A DNA stretch of 64,000 nt. Source: Octopus vulgaris (Eukaryota). Positions 1 through 11,756 of the stretch are shown one piece after another. The translations under genes and the position numbers were made by a program. A model generated the notes under the pieces. It ran no database searches. It saw only the letters and a list, made by a program, of their open reading frames with translations, and was not told where the DNA came from. The stretch lies in contig OX597824.1 in assembly GCA_951406725.2 (NCBI GenBank), positions 46,748,001 to 46,812,000 on the forward strand, read 5' to 3'. The first letter of the stretch is position 1. Every line of letters begins with the position of its first letter.

Positions 1-586
1 ATCACTCCTACCGACTCTTTCATATTGTGACCTTTATCTCATCACTCACCTCTACCTTTGATTACCTTTGCCATTACAACCACATACCTCTCTCACCAAC
101 CAACTCTGTATATCCCTGCTTTCTTTGCATTATACTCTATTCCCTTCAACTTACCCACCTATTTTGGTCCTTCTATTGTCATTGCACCTTCTTTCTCTCC
201 AATTCCCCATCTCAGTTATCTGTGCAAATCTACATGCTCTAATTTATTAAGTACTCTTTATTATTAATACCTTTACTCAACTATCCACACCTTTCAAATG
301 CATATTTCTGCCTTTTCTGTAAACATTGTTCTCTCTCCAAAATTTATATTTACTGTGTACAGGGCACCCACTCCACTACATCTTCTGTTTACCCTGTAAA
401 AGTAGTCGACTAAATGAATTGAGAAAATGTAAGGTTATTCAATTACTTTAATGTTGACACCACAACCCGCCAATGGGTGGAGGCTTGGACTGTAATGACC
501 CATCCAATCCATATCGTCATACAGAGCAGAATAAAAATTATGATAAATAATTGTGTGTATATATGTGTGTGTGTATGTGTGTATAC

Positions 587-636
<50 letters not shown>

Positions 637-637
637 A

Positions 638-1050
638 CATCATCATCATCATCGTCATTTAATGTCCATTGTCCATGCTGGCATCAGTTGGATGGTTTGA
701 CCAGGGCTGGCAAGCTGGAAGGCTGCACCAAACTCCAGTCTGATTTGGCATGGTTTCTATAGCTGGATGCCCTTCCTAATGCCAACCGCTCTGTGAGTGT
801 AATGAGTGCTTTTACTCACCACTGGTATGGGTGCTATTTGCATGACACCGGTATCTGTCACAACTGCGATTTTGCTCAGCTTGATGGGTCTTCTTCTCAA
901 GTACAACATAATGCCAAATGTCTCAGTTATTGCCTCCAAGAGGCCCAACACTCAAAAAGAACTCAACCACTTTGCCTCGGTGAGGCCCAACACTTGGAAG
1001 GGAACTTTCTTCCGTGAGGCCCAAGGCTCGAAAGGAACTCGTCTCCATGT
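638..1050 (-). mobile_element. 3' end of a related RTE LINE with (GAT)n tail, abutting the + strand copy head-to-head
   Basis: (CAT)n followed by tagctggatgcccttcctaatgccaacc, the reverse complement of the 3' UTR core at 3868-3898. Confidence 0.8.
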
Positions 1051-4024
1051 GGCCCATAACTTCAGGAAGCCTGACTTCCACCTTATAACCTATCAGTCAG
1101 GAGACTCTGCTAGCCAAATAGACTTCATCCTCACCAGACAGCGGGATGCAGGGTCGCTCTTAAATACAAAGACCCTCCCGGGTGAAGAATGTATCCCTCA
1201 GCATAGGCTAATCATCAGTGACTTTAAGCTTGAGGCCAGAAGGACTCCAAGAAACAAACCAATCCAGGAAAGAAGGATTTGGAAGCTAAAGAACCCTTCA
1301 CATGGTCAGAGATTTAGGGACATCCTCATCAAGAAATTTGATGAGAGGGAGGAGGAGCTTCAGACGACGGACATAGAAGGTAGCTGGGAATTCCTACGGG
1401 ACAGCTTGCTGAGTGCCACAGACCAAGTCTGTGGATGGTGCAAAGTCCCTTCCAGACCTAGAGTTACGTGGTGGTGGAATAGTGCAGTAGATAAAGCCAT
1501 TAGTGCAAAGAGACAGGCCTGGAAAGCCTGGAGGGATGGGGGTAGCAGGGAACTGTACCAGGTAGCCAAAAGGGAGGCTGGGCGGCAGGTATACATAGCC
1601 AAAGATGTAGCAGAAAAGAAGAAGTTTGCCAATGTCCAGTGACGTGAGGACCAAAGAGCTGAGGTATTTCGGATTGCCAGACAGTGTGTGAGAGAAAATA
1701 GTGATGTTACAGGAGAGAAATGTGTCCGCATGGATGATGGGGCACTTGCTCTTAATGTTGGTGAAAAGAAAGAGGCTTGGAGAAGCCATTATGAAAGACT
1801 GCTGAATGAGGAGAATGAATGGGAGGAGGAGAGCCTGCCAAATGTTGACCCAGTAGAGGGACCAGCTCTCCGAATAGACAGCTCCCTTGTAGTTAAGGCA
1901 ATTAAAGATATGAAACCAGGTAAAGCCCCCGGCCCATCAGAAATCACTGCTGAGATGCTTAAAACTGCTGGCTATGTGGGCTATGGCCTAGTCACCCGCA
2001 TTGTAAACCAGGTAGTTCATAATGGAGTCATACCCAATGACTGGCATAGCAGCACCATAGTCAACTGCTACAAGAGTAAGGGTGATGCTCTAGATAGAAA
2101 TAACTACAGGGGTATTAAACTGTTGGACCAGGTGATGAAGGTCACAGAGAGGGTCATAACCCATCTCATTAGGGAGAGAATTTGCTTAGATGAGACGCAG
2201 TTCGATTTTGTGCCAGGTAGAAGCACCACTGATGCTATATTCCTGGTCCGACAATTGCAGGAGAAGTACCTAGCTAAAGATAAACCCCTCTACATAGCTT
2301 TTGTGGACTTGGAGAAAGCCTTTGACAGGGTTCCCCGATCCCTTATCTGGTGGTCGATGCGGAAACTGGAGATTGACGAATGGCTAATAAGGACTGTACA
2401 GGCTCTATACAGAGAGGCTGTCAGCAAGGTTAGGATTGGCAACGAATATAGTGAAGAATTCCGAGTAGAAGTAGGTGTACACCAAGGCTCAGCCCTCAGC
2501 CCCCTTTTATTCATCATAGTCCTCCAGGCAATAACAGAGGAATTCAAAACAAGATGCCCCTGGGAGCTCCTCTATGCTGATGACCTGGCTCTCATAGCAG
2601 AATCACTACCGGAACTAGAAAAGAAATTTCAGGTGTGGAAGCAAGGGTTAGAATCAAAGGGCCTTAGAGTAAATGTAGCAAAGACCAAAGTTATAGTAAG
2701 CAGAAAGCTGAACTCAGCACACACACCCTCAGGCAGGTGGCCCTGCTCGATCTGTATGAAAGGTGTAGGTAGAAACTCCATAAGATGCATCCAATGTAAG
2801 CTATGAACGCATAAGAGGTGCAGCAACATCAAAGGGAAATTAACTGATAAGATAGCTTTCATGTGCAGCAGATGCACAGGGACAATAAACACCACAGTCA
2901 CTCAGAAAACAGATTCCATCACACTCCAGGGGAAGAAACAAGAAGTAGTTGATAGTTTCCGCTACCTGGGTGAACAAGTTAGTAGTGGAGGTGGATGCTC
3001 AGAGAGTATCACCACTAGAATACGAATAGCCTGGGCAAAGTTCAGAAAGCTCCTACCCCTACTGGCAACAAAGGGTCTCTCGCTCAGAGTGAAAGGTAGA
3101 GTGTATGATGCATGTGTGCGAACTGCCATGCTTCACAGTAGTGAAACATGGGCTGTGACTGCAGAGGACATGCGTAGACTTGAAAGAAATGAAGCTAGCA
3201 TGATCCACTGGATGTGTAATGTCAGTGTGCACACACGACAGAGTGTAAGCACCCTGAGAGAAATGCTGGACATAAGAAGCATCAGATGTGGTGTGCAAGA
3301 GCGATGCTTGCGATGGTATGGTCATGTACTGATGGATGAGGAGAGATGTGTGAAGAAGGGTCTCTCGCTCAGAGAGATCTCTGGAGATATGCTGCAAAGA
3401 CCCGGGCTGCTTCCTGCACCAGTTCCGCATAGCCCCTGCCCATTCAAAGTAACCTGGATTCCAGAACGTCCCACTGTGCTTGAGGAGACCTGTTGAGTCA
3501 AGTACATGAACATGAACATGAACATCGAAATAAATATCAATGGAAATAGTAGTTGTGATACCTATGCTGGTGGCACATAAAAAACACCATCCGAATGTGG
3601 CCGTTGCCAGCGCTGCCTCGACTGGCTTCTGTGCCGGTAGCACATAAAAAGCACCATCCGAACATGGCCGATGCCAGCGCCGCCCCGACTGTCTGCTGTG
3701 CCGGTGGGACATAAAAAGCACCATCCGAACGTGGCCATTGCCAGCGCTGCCTTGGCTGGCTCCCGTGCCGGTGACACGTTAAAAGCTCCAACCGATCGTG
3801 GCCGATGCCAGGCCCCCCTAGCACATGTGCAGGTGGCACGTACAAAGCACCCACTACACTCGCGGAGTGGTTGGCGTTAGGAAGGGCATCCAGCTGTAGA
3901 AACTCTGCCAGATCAGACTGGCGCCTGGTGCAGCCCCTGGCTTCCCAGACCCCGGTCGAACATTCCAACCCGTGCTAGCGCAGAAAACGGACGTTAAACG
4001 ATCATGATGATGATGATGATGATG
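1050..4024 (+). mobile_element. RTE-clade LINE, 5'-truncated, inactivated: end of APE endonuclease, RT, PHD-like finger, 3' UTR and (GAT)n tail
   Basis: ORFs 806-1642, 1688-2806 and 2861-3496 share one frame broken only by TGA at 1640 and 2804. Motifs SQIDFIL, NYRGIKLL, FVDLEKAFDRV, GVHQGSALSPLLF, LLYADDL, FRYLG. (GAT)n tail at ~4000-4024. Confidence 0.93.
3564..3852 (+). repeat. Tandem array of five ~62-68 bp units in the RTE 3' UTR
   Basis: Unit core gtgccggtggcac(a/g)taaaaagcacc at ~3564, 3630, 3698, 3765 and 3827. Also present at 5275-5362, 6800-6935 (-) and 21820-22040. Confidence 0.85.
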
Positions 4025-4045
4025 ATATACATATACATATACATA

Positions 4046-4096
<51 letters not shown>

Positions 4097-4098
<2 letters not shown>

Positions 4099-4510
4099 CT
4101 ATATATAAAACTGAAATGCGTTTTTACCGCTTGGATCGCTTTCAATGCCTCTACATCCCGTCCGATTCACTCCAAAATTTACAGGGACATGTAAAATGAG
4201 GTGACGATGCCCGTGGGCTACCTTAGAAATCCCTATCTTAAAAGGTGTCGTTGCTAGGGGCCATCTTCCTCACTCTCGCTATTTCCTCTCTTTCCAGCAC
4301 ATTTTCACTCACTCTATTTCTTACCTTCCCATAACTTTCACTTATGTATCTGTCTGCATTCATAGAGAGAAACAAATATTCCATCGCCATCGTCATCGCA
4401 TTCTATTGTCTGCCTGTCAACACGCTGATCGACCAAATACAAACAGAACACACCAACGAGCGTTCGTTTTCTGGTGATAACATAGGTATTTCGTATCTAT
4501 TACATTTTAA
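4097..4510 (+). mobile_element. Probable non-autonomous Helitron-like element, 5' part
   Basis: Starts A^TCTATATATAAAA and contains ccgattcactccaaaatttac, a pattern seen in small Helitron-type repeats. No 3' CTAG end identified. Confidence 0.35.
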
Positions 4511-4513
4511 CAT

Positions 4514-4789
4514 TTTGCATTTGCGAGGAGAGAAAAGGATACCATTCCCCCACCCCTAACCCTGAAACGGATTGAAGTGCAATGGATCGATGCTAGGGTT
4601 GTAATTGTGGGTGACATTTTCATACGACACCGCTACGGAAAATTTTTTTTTTTTTTTTTTTTTTTTTCTGGCGGTGTCAAATGAAAATGTCACCCATAGT
4701 TGTGACCCTAGTATCGATCTATTGCATTTCAATCTGTTTTAGGGTTGGGGGTGGGGGAATGGTATCTTTTTTTTCTTCGCAAATGTAAA
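4514..4789. repeat. Fold-back inverted repeat, ~125 bp arms around a poly-T spacer
   Basis: 4514-4642 aligns to the reverse complement of 4664-4789. Confidence 0.92.
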
Positions 4790-5269
4790 TGGACCCAATC
4801 TGTTTCTGAGGGACATATTCATGCAGCGCGGAGTGTTTTCACTCCAAGTGGAGGTGAGCGATTGGTTGGAGTTGCCGAGGTGCTTGATTTTGGAGTGGAA
4901 GTGTGTTACAAGCTATAGAATTTTCTCAGTGAAGCCGGGAAGGAGTTATGTTTTGTGGACACATTCTACCAGTATACGAGGTTTGGGGGTGTTTGGTTAA
5001 TTAGAAATTGTGTTGACATAGTTGACATATGCCGTTCAAAAGGAAAAGATCCAATGACTTCATTAAAAACAATGATTACAAAGTTTTCCTTTGAGAATAT
5101 TTGCAAAAAATTTTACCTTACATTTATCACATCAAAATTACATAACAATCTTTCATTTCAAGTTTCATTGTGTCATACACAAATGTGTAAACCAAGGTTA
5201 TTTGAATAATGGGTCTACGTCGATGTTGCATTTATTCTTAGATGACATTGATTTCATTTATCATATTGA

Positions 5270-5530
5270 TTTCCGTGCCGGTGGCACGTAAAAAGCACCA
5301 TCCATCCGTGGCCGTTTGCCAGCTCCGCCTGGCACCTGTGCGGGTGGCACGTAAAAAGCACCCACTACACTCACGGAGTGGTTGGCGTTAGGAAGGGCAT
5401 CCAGCCGTAGAAACACTGCCAGATCAGACTGGGCCTGATGCAGCCTTCTGGCTTCACAGACCCCAGTTGAACCGTCCAACCCATGCTAGCATGGAAAGTG
5501 GACGCTAAATGATGATGATGATGATGATGA
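5270..5530 (+). mobile_element. RTE 3' UTR fragment with (GAT)n tail; similar fragments at 6628-6940 (-), 17428-17720 (-), 21690-22205 (+), 37318-37400 (+)
   Basis: Shared core ggttggcgttaggaagggcatccagc...ccaacccatgctagcatggaaa...(gat)n. Confidence 0.85.
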
Positions 5531-5808
5531 TTTAGACCCTGCAAATTTTTCGTGCTAAATTTTCATTTTTTACTACTTTTTTATTTTTTCTTAAATTGAT
5601 GCTTTTATTAAAATTAATTCTAATTGTCTGGGTCAACAGTTCGTTTCCTCGGAGGATATGGAAATTCTTATTACCCGTCAGAGAAATAACTCCAGCAGCT
5701 CACAACTATTTCAACAAAGACAAGGTTACCTGCTTACCAGTCGAATTCAGCGTCAACGCTCACGTATGAGAGAGACTCCAACACACATACACACACACAC
5801 ACACACAC

Positions 5809-5845
<37 letters not shown>

Positions 5846-7006
5846 GTGTGCATTATGTGGTCGGTTGAGCTGAAAATATGCACACCTATGTTAAAAGTGC
5901 TGGCAAGTTTGCATGACAACTATATTTTTCCTCAAATGAAAGGTGTGACCTCTAGGACAAAATTCCTCATCTTATAAAATGTGGCCCCAGTAGACCTGAA
6001 TGAAATTGGGTTATATTAACCAAAATGTGAAAAGGGGCTTGAAGGGGATTAAAATTTTAAAGAGCGGGTGTTTAGCAATTCTCTGTTACATTAAGCTAAA
6101 AAATTTGCACCAGCCTTTTAATCATCAATGTGTTGCCGTCCATGATGAAGAAGTTTTGAATGCTTGCCATGGTGAGTCTACTGTCATGAGAAAGAATCAA
6201 TCCAAAACTTAGTGTTTAGGGATTTTCTTTTACATCAAGTTCAAAATTTTACGCCAGTCGTTAAACTGTCAATACGTTGCTGTCCGTCATTAAGAAATGC
6301 CAGCCATGGTGACTCTACTATCCTCAAATTCTATCCCTTCAAACTTTGGTTTCCAATATTTTATTATTTTTATCCAGCTCGCAAGTTCGTCTGTCCCTTT
6401 TAAATGTTAGTGTTTTGCTGTCTGCCTTGAAGCAGACCTTTCCGTTGTTACTGCCTGATATTTATGATTGATCTTTCTAAATATTTTATTTCTCAACTTA
6501 CTCAAGATCTTTTGTTGTTTATAAATGGGAGAGAGATAGATAAAGATAGAGAGTAAGAGAAAGCGAGGGAGAGTCCGAGAGAAGGGAAGAGTAACCGAGT
6601 GGGAAAGTGAGAGAGAAAGGAGGGAGAATCATCATCATCATCATCATCGTTTAACGTCCGTTTTCCGTGCTAGCACAGATTGGAGAGTTTGACCGGAGTC
6701 TGGGAAGCCAGGAGGCTGCACCAGGCTCCAGTCTGATCTGGCAGTGTTTCTACAGGTGGATGCCCTTCCTAACGCCAACCACTCTGTGAGCGTAGTGGAT
6801 GCTTTTTTCGTGCCGCCGGCACAGGTGCCAGGGGGGCTGGCAGCGGCCACGATCGGTTGGTGCTTTTTACATGCCACCAGCACATAAGCCAGTCAAGAAG
6901 CTGCAATCCGCCACGTTTGGATGGTGCTTTTTACATGCTGAAAGGAAGCAACAGAAAGTAACAACCACACTCTTACCCGCGCGTAGAGAGAGTCACCTTC
7001 AGCTAG

Positions 7007-7043
<37 letters not shown>

Positions 7044-7215
7044 GAAAAATACAAACTGGGACAAGAACGTGAAACATTTAGAAGACAATACAAAAAAGAC
7101 GATACAAAAAACATGGACGGGACATTCGAAGCCTTCAATCTTCAGTCAAGAACCGGATCATCCTAGCAATTTCGGCTGATTAATCTTGAGATCGCTCCGA
7201 TCCGGCCAGCCCCAC

Positions 7216-7255
<40 letters not shown>

Positions 7256-7258
7256 ATG

Positions 7259-7322
<64 letters not shown>

Positions 7323-7326
<4 letters not shown>

Positions 7327-7460
7327 TTGCCAAAATATCCAAGGGATCTTCATGGAGTAGGGGTAGATGTTTTTAAGAAACAGCTTGATTTCCTGCAGTC
7401 CAAGTTCCCAGATTAACCTATATCATGGCAAGAAACTCAAAAGAGGGCAGCTGGTGGCCA
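7323..7460 (+). mobile_element. Degenerate C-terminal fragment of a CR1/L2-group LINE ORF2
   Basis: [29 protein letters not shown] resembles the LP...FK..LD ending of such ORFs. Confidence 0.45.
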
Positions 7461-7517
7461 CTGAAAAGGTAATGACGCTGGCATTTTGCCTGAAACATGC
7501 AAAAAATAAAATATCGA

Positions 7518-7550
<33 letters not shown>

Positions 7551-7781
7551 CAAAATATGGGGGTTTAGTTCACAGGTGATCTAAACAACTAGGTATGCTA
7601 GGTAAATGATGTAACAGATTACTATGGCTCCAAGGTTATAGCCGAGATGGTAGTTATGGAGCCATTGCAGATTTCTAATGTAGCAGATATATAATTGTTA
7701 AAGAGGACAACAAACGTTAAGTCAAGGCAAAATTCTCAGATCATATACATTATTATTATTGGGAAAAAAGATTCAAAGTCT

Positions 7782-7829
7782 TACAGCTGTTTCTGAGATA
7801 TCTCAGAGTATGGGATATTCTGTCATCAG
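7782..7829 (-). ncRNA. Degenerate minimal type-I hammerhead ribozyme motif (Penelope-like repeat)
   Basis: Minus strand CTGATGA-c-agaatatc...gatatct-ca-GAAAC-AGCT-GTA. The 5' strand of stem I is replaced by (AT)n. Confidence 0.5.
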
Positions 7830-8746
7830 AATATATATATCACACACACACACACATATTCAAAAATGAATGAGGAGCAGCCTGAGGGATATAAACAATA
7901 TCAAATACACATACACAAGGTATGTGTTTTGTCTATGACTTCTAAGTGTTTTAACACCTATCAAATTGAAGAGAATATATTCTCTTACACCTATAGATTG
8001 CAGCCTGCCCACAAACTGGCAAAACATATACCTTGTATATGTGTGTTCAATATTGTGCATGATTTTTTCCAGATACTTATGACCTGGAACATCTTATAAG
8101 CTGTAATAAATCACAAGCAACTCATTTCTACAGCTGAACTGGAGCAACACGAAATAAAGTGTCTTGCTCAAGAACACAACGCACAGCTCAGTCTTGGAAT
8201 CGAACTCACTACCTCATGATTGTGAGCCCAACACTCTAACCACTGAGCCATGAGCTTTTACACAGCTATATTCACATTAACAAGAAATAGATAAAGGAGG
8301 AACAGAATTAGACTGAGTCAAAATTAGATTGTAAGAGCTCACAAACCTGAGAAAAAGTGACACATCTTGAAAACAATCTTGGCAATGGTTTGGATTTTTT
8401 GATTGAATGTCTCTATAAGAAATTAAAATAGCATGTAGATTAAAGAATAACATAGATTATACTGACAAATAACTATTAGTTCTTGTATGCAGCAAATATC
8501 ATCATGACCATCATCATTTCAATGTTCCCTTTTCTATGCTCACATGGGTTGGACAGAATTTTTAGACACAGATTTACTATGACCAGATGCTTTCCCTGTT
8601 GCCAAACTTTCACCTGTTATCAGTTCATGTAACATTTCTCCATAACCAGGTATATTTACACAGAAAATCAGAAATGGTCACTGCTTGCATAAGAGTGAAA
8701 CTTCTTTACAACCATCATGCGATAGTTGTATGGCAAGGAAAGAGTA

Positions 8747-8795
<49 letters not shown>

Positions 8796-8842
8796 CACGC
8801 ACACACACACACTCACACACATATCATTATCATCGTTTAATG

Positions 8843-8887
<45 letters not shown>

Positions 8888-9352
8888 CGACGACGACGAC
8901 GATGATGATGACGATATATATATATATATATATATACTGTTGACTATTGAAAAGGTTGCAAGACGCAACAAAAATTTTAGGAAAATAAAAATAAGAAATA
9001 AGTGGAAATCTTACCGGTGAGTGTGTTAAATTATAAGGCACAAAAAGAAAATTACTCTCTCCAGACACAACAGAATATGCTTCAACACATGAACTCATAT
9101 AAAGAATCTTGCAAACCAAATCCCAAAACGAAATATATATATATATATATATTTTGTGTTGAGTTTGATCTGAGAACATAATCTTTTGTGGAGAATGACG
9201 ATTTGACGTCTATATCTAGCATGTTGACTGTCCACTTTTCGTGTTCAGTCCTTAATTGGTATATATAAATATTTTAATCTTCGGATTCTTTTTTAATATG
9301 CTAGACCACTGGTCTTAATTGATAAATATCAATTTCTACCCTTAATTAATTT

Positions 9353-9405
<53 letters not shown>

Positions 9406-9562
9406 TATATATTGGTTTCTAATTTTGGCACAAATGGTACTTATTTTAGTGACCTTAAAAGAATGAAAGGCAAAGTTGAACTTGGAAGAATTTGAACTTA
9501 GAATGGGAAAAGCTAATAAGCATTTTGCCCTGTGTACTAACGATTTAGCCAGCTTGCCACCT

Positions 9563-9603
<41 letters not shown>

Positions 9604-10156
9604 TGTATGTATGTATGTATATATATATAAATATACATACATATATATTAACAACAAAAGGCCTTTGAAATACTTCCCACCTAAATTGTATGTATTATTA
9701 ACATTTTAGACTGAGTTAAACATCCTAATAAATCATCTTGTGTATATGACAAAAGCTAAAATGCATAAATTATATCAGTTGATAAAATTTCATCAGCAAC
9801 AGTGGAAGGTACTGTTGTATCATGTGATTTCACTATAATTTGTTGACCACCATCAAGAGGCAGCCAAAACACCAAATGCCAGATCAAGAATTCAATTAAA
9901 TCACTATAGTTTAACACTAGCAAAATAATCACTAATGTTGCACGATGCTGACAGATTGTATTTATTAGCTATTAGTGATAGAAACTGTCTTGTGATGAAT
10001 ATTCATTAGCACATTATTCAACCTAACACAGGTGTATGATAGTGCCATCTGTCAGTGCTAATGAAATTTTATCAACTAATATAATCTTGAGATATTTACA
10101 ACAGTCTACAGCATTATAAACTCCACTTCCAAGCTAGGTTGGATATGTTAATTAAA

Positions 10157-10497
10157 AAGTAAAGACTCCTTTCAGTCATGACTGACCATGGGATTGCACT
10201 TAGAAAGTTCTTCTCCAAGGCACAAGTCAGGGCAAGGTTGTTTGTGGAGGACCAGTAGTCACCCAGGCATGCCAGTTTTCCTTCTCCATGTCACCGATGT
10301 TGTCCAAAGGAAAGGCAAAGGTCAACACAGCTTGGCATCAGTGATATCCCAACTTATTTCTACAACTGAGTAAACTGGATTAACATGAAATAAAGTGTCT
10401 GACTCAAGAACACAACACATAGCCAAGTCTGGGAATTGACCTTACAATCTCACAACTGTAAGCCCAACATTCTAACCACCAAGCCATGCACCTTCAC
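10157..10497 (-). mobile_element. tRNA-derived SINE with a V-domain-like core; other copies at 14683-15015 (-), 20294-20625 (+), 8120-8255 (-)
   Basis: A/B-box-like head catggctcagtggttagag...gagttcgattcc, followed by gttgtgttcttgagcaagacacttt; multiple copies in the window. Confidence 0.75.
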
Positions 10498-10526
10498 ATG
10501 TGCTAATTTATATATATATATATATA

Positions 10527-11061
10527 TATATTGAAATTATAATAAGGGTGTTGAATGATTACAACCCCAGTCTGCTAGAAATAGACCCCAAATGGTCTAT
10601 GAACAACTTAGATTTTTACTCTACTACACAAGGTTGTAAGCAAGGAAAATAGACAGTGCAGATTTATGAAATAATTTAGATAGTCCCAAATCTATAGATT
10701 TCACAGTACGAGTTATTTAAAAACCCTTTCTAATCATCAGTGGCAACATACTGAATGTAAATAAATGAAAAATACATTATACATACCAACATAAGGGCAA
10801 ATAATGTACATGCATTTCGCACGTATTCATGCATTAAAATCCAAGTGCCTATTTCAGCGGAAAAGGTTTTTAATAACTCATACCATGAAATCTATAGATT
10901 TAGGACTATTCAAATTATTTTATAAATCCTTGCTGTCTATTTTCCTTGCTTACAACCTAGTGTAGTGGAGTAAAAATCTAAGTGGTTCATAGACCATATG
11001 GGGTCTATTTCTAGCAGACTGGTGTGGAATCATTCAACACCCTTATTATAATTTTAATATA
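10527..11061. repeat. Long inverted repeat, ~200 bp arms (10527-10730 / 10860-11061); probable Penelope-like remnant
   Basis: Arms align by eye with scattered mixed mismatches and a ~130 bp spacer; flanked by (AT)n. Confidence 0.85.
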
Positions 11062-11292
11062 AATTAACCATTATGGTATTTTTAGTATGCTGGCCACTGA
11101 TAAATTCATTAAATAATGATTTTATCCTAATTATGTATAAATATATATATATAAATATAAAGGAGCAAAAATGCTGGAGAATCAGTATACACCACATTGC
11201 AAAATTATGAAGTGAAAATATGTGGAATACATATATAAAGAATGGGGGAGAAAAATGCCTTCATTTCACATAGTTTTAATATCTTTTTATAG

Positions 11293-11690
11293 AGGAGTGG
11301 CTGTGTGGTAAGTAGCTTGCTAACCAACCACATGGTTCCGGGTTCAGTCCCACTGCGTGGCATCTTGGGCAAGTGTCTTCTGCTATAGCCCTGGGCCAAC
11401 CAATGCCTTGTGAGTGGATTTGGTAGACGGAAACTGAAAGAAGCCTGTCGTACATATGTATATATATATGTGTGTGTGTGTGTGTGTTTGTCCCCCTAGC
11501 ATTGCTTGACAACCGATGCTGGTGTGTTTACGTCCCCATCACTTAGTGGTTCGGCAAAAAGAGACCGATAGAATAAGTACTGGGCTTACAAAGAATAAGT
11601 CCCGGGGTCAATTTGCTCGACTAAAAGGCGGTGCTCCAGCATGGCTGCAGTCAAATGACTGAAACAACTAAAAGACTAAAGACTAAAGAC
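11293..11690 (+). mobile_element. Abundant tRNA-derived SINE with internal (TA)/(TG) tract; copies at 16110-16575, 18288-18690, 28345-28785, 30045-30480, 35185-35540, 62380-62670 and others
   Basis: Head ggagtggctgtgtggtaagtagcttgct...ggttcagtcccact (A/B boxes), core cttgggcaagtgtcttct, tail gtgctccagcatggc...gactgaaacaa. Confidence 0.85.
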
Positions 11691-11696
11691 ATATAT

Positions 11697-11756
<60 letters not shown>

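Noticed and set aside
806-1050. N-terminus of ORF 806..1642 as a real protein start
   Set aside because: It reads through the antisense strand of the adjacent inverted RTE tail. LINE homology begins only near 1055.
3564-3852. Regularly spaced ~25-bp repeats resembling a CRISPR array
   Set aside because: The spacers are homologous to each other, the array sits in a LINE 3' UTR, the context is eukaryotic and there are no cas genes.
7100-7212. CTGAAGA/CTGAGGA motif in a repeat also found at 54880-55000, as a hammerhead
   Set aside because: It is followed by GAAT rather than GAAA, and I could not build a convincing stem II or III.
10527-11061. A>G hypermutation in this inverted repeat
   Set aside because: Arm mismatches are a mix of transitions and transversions with no strand skew, so it serves as a control for 4514-4789.
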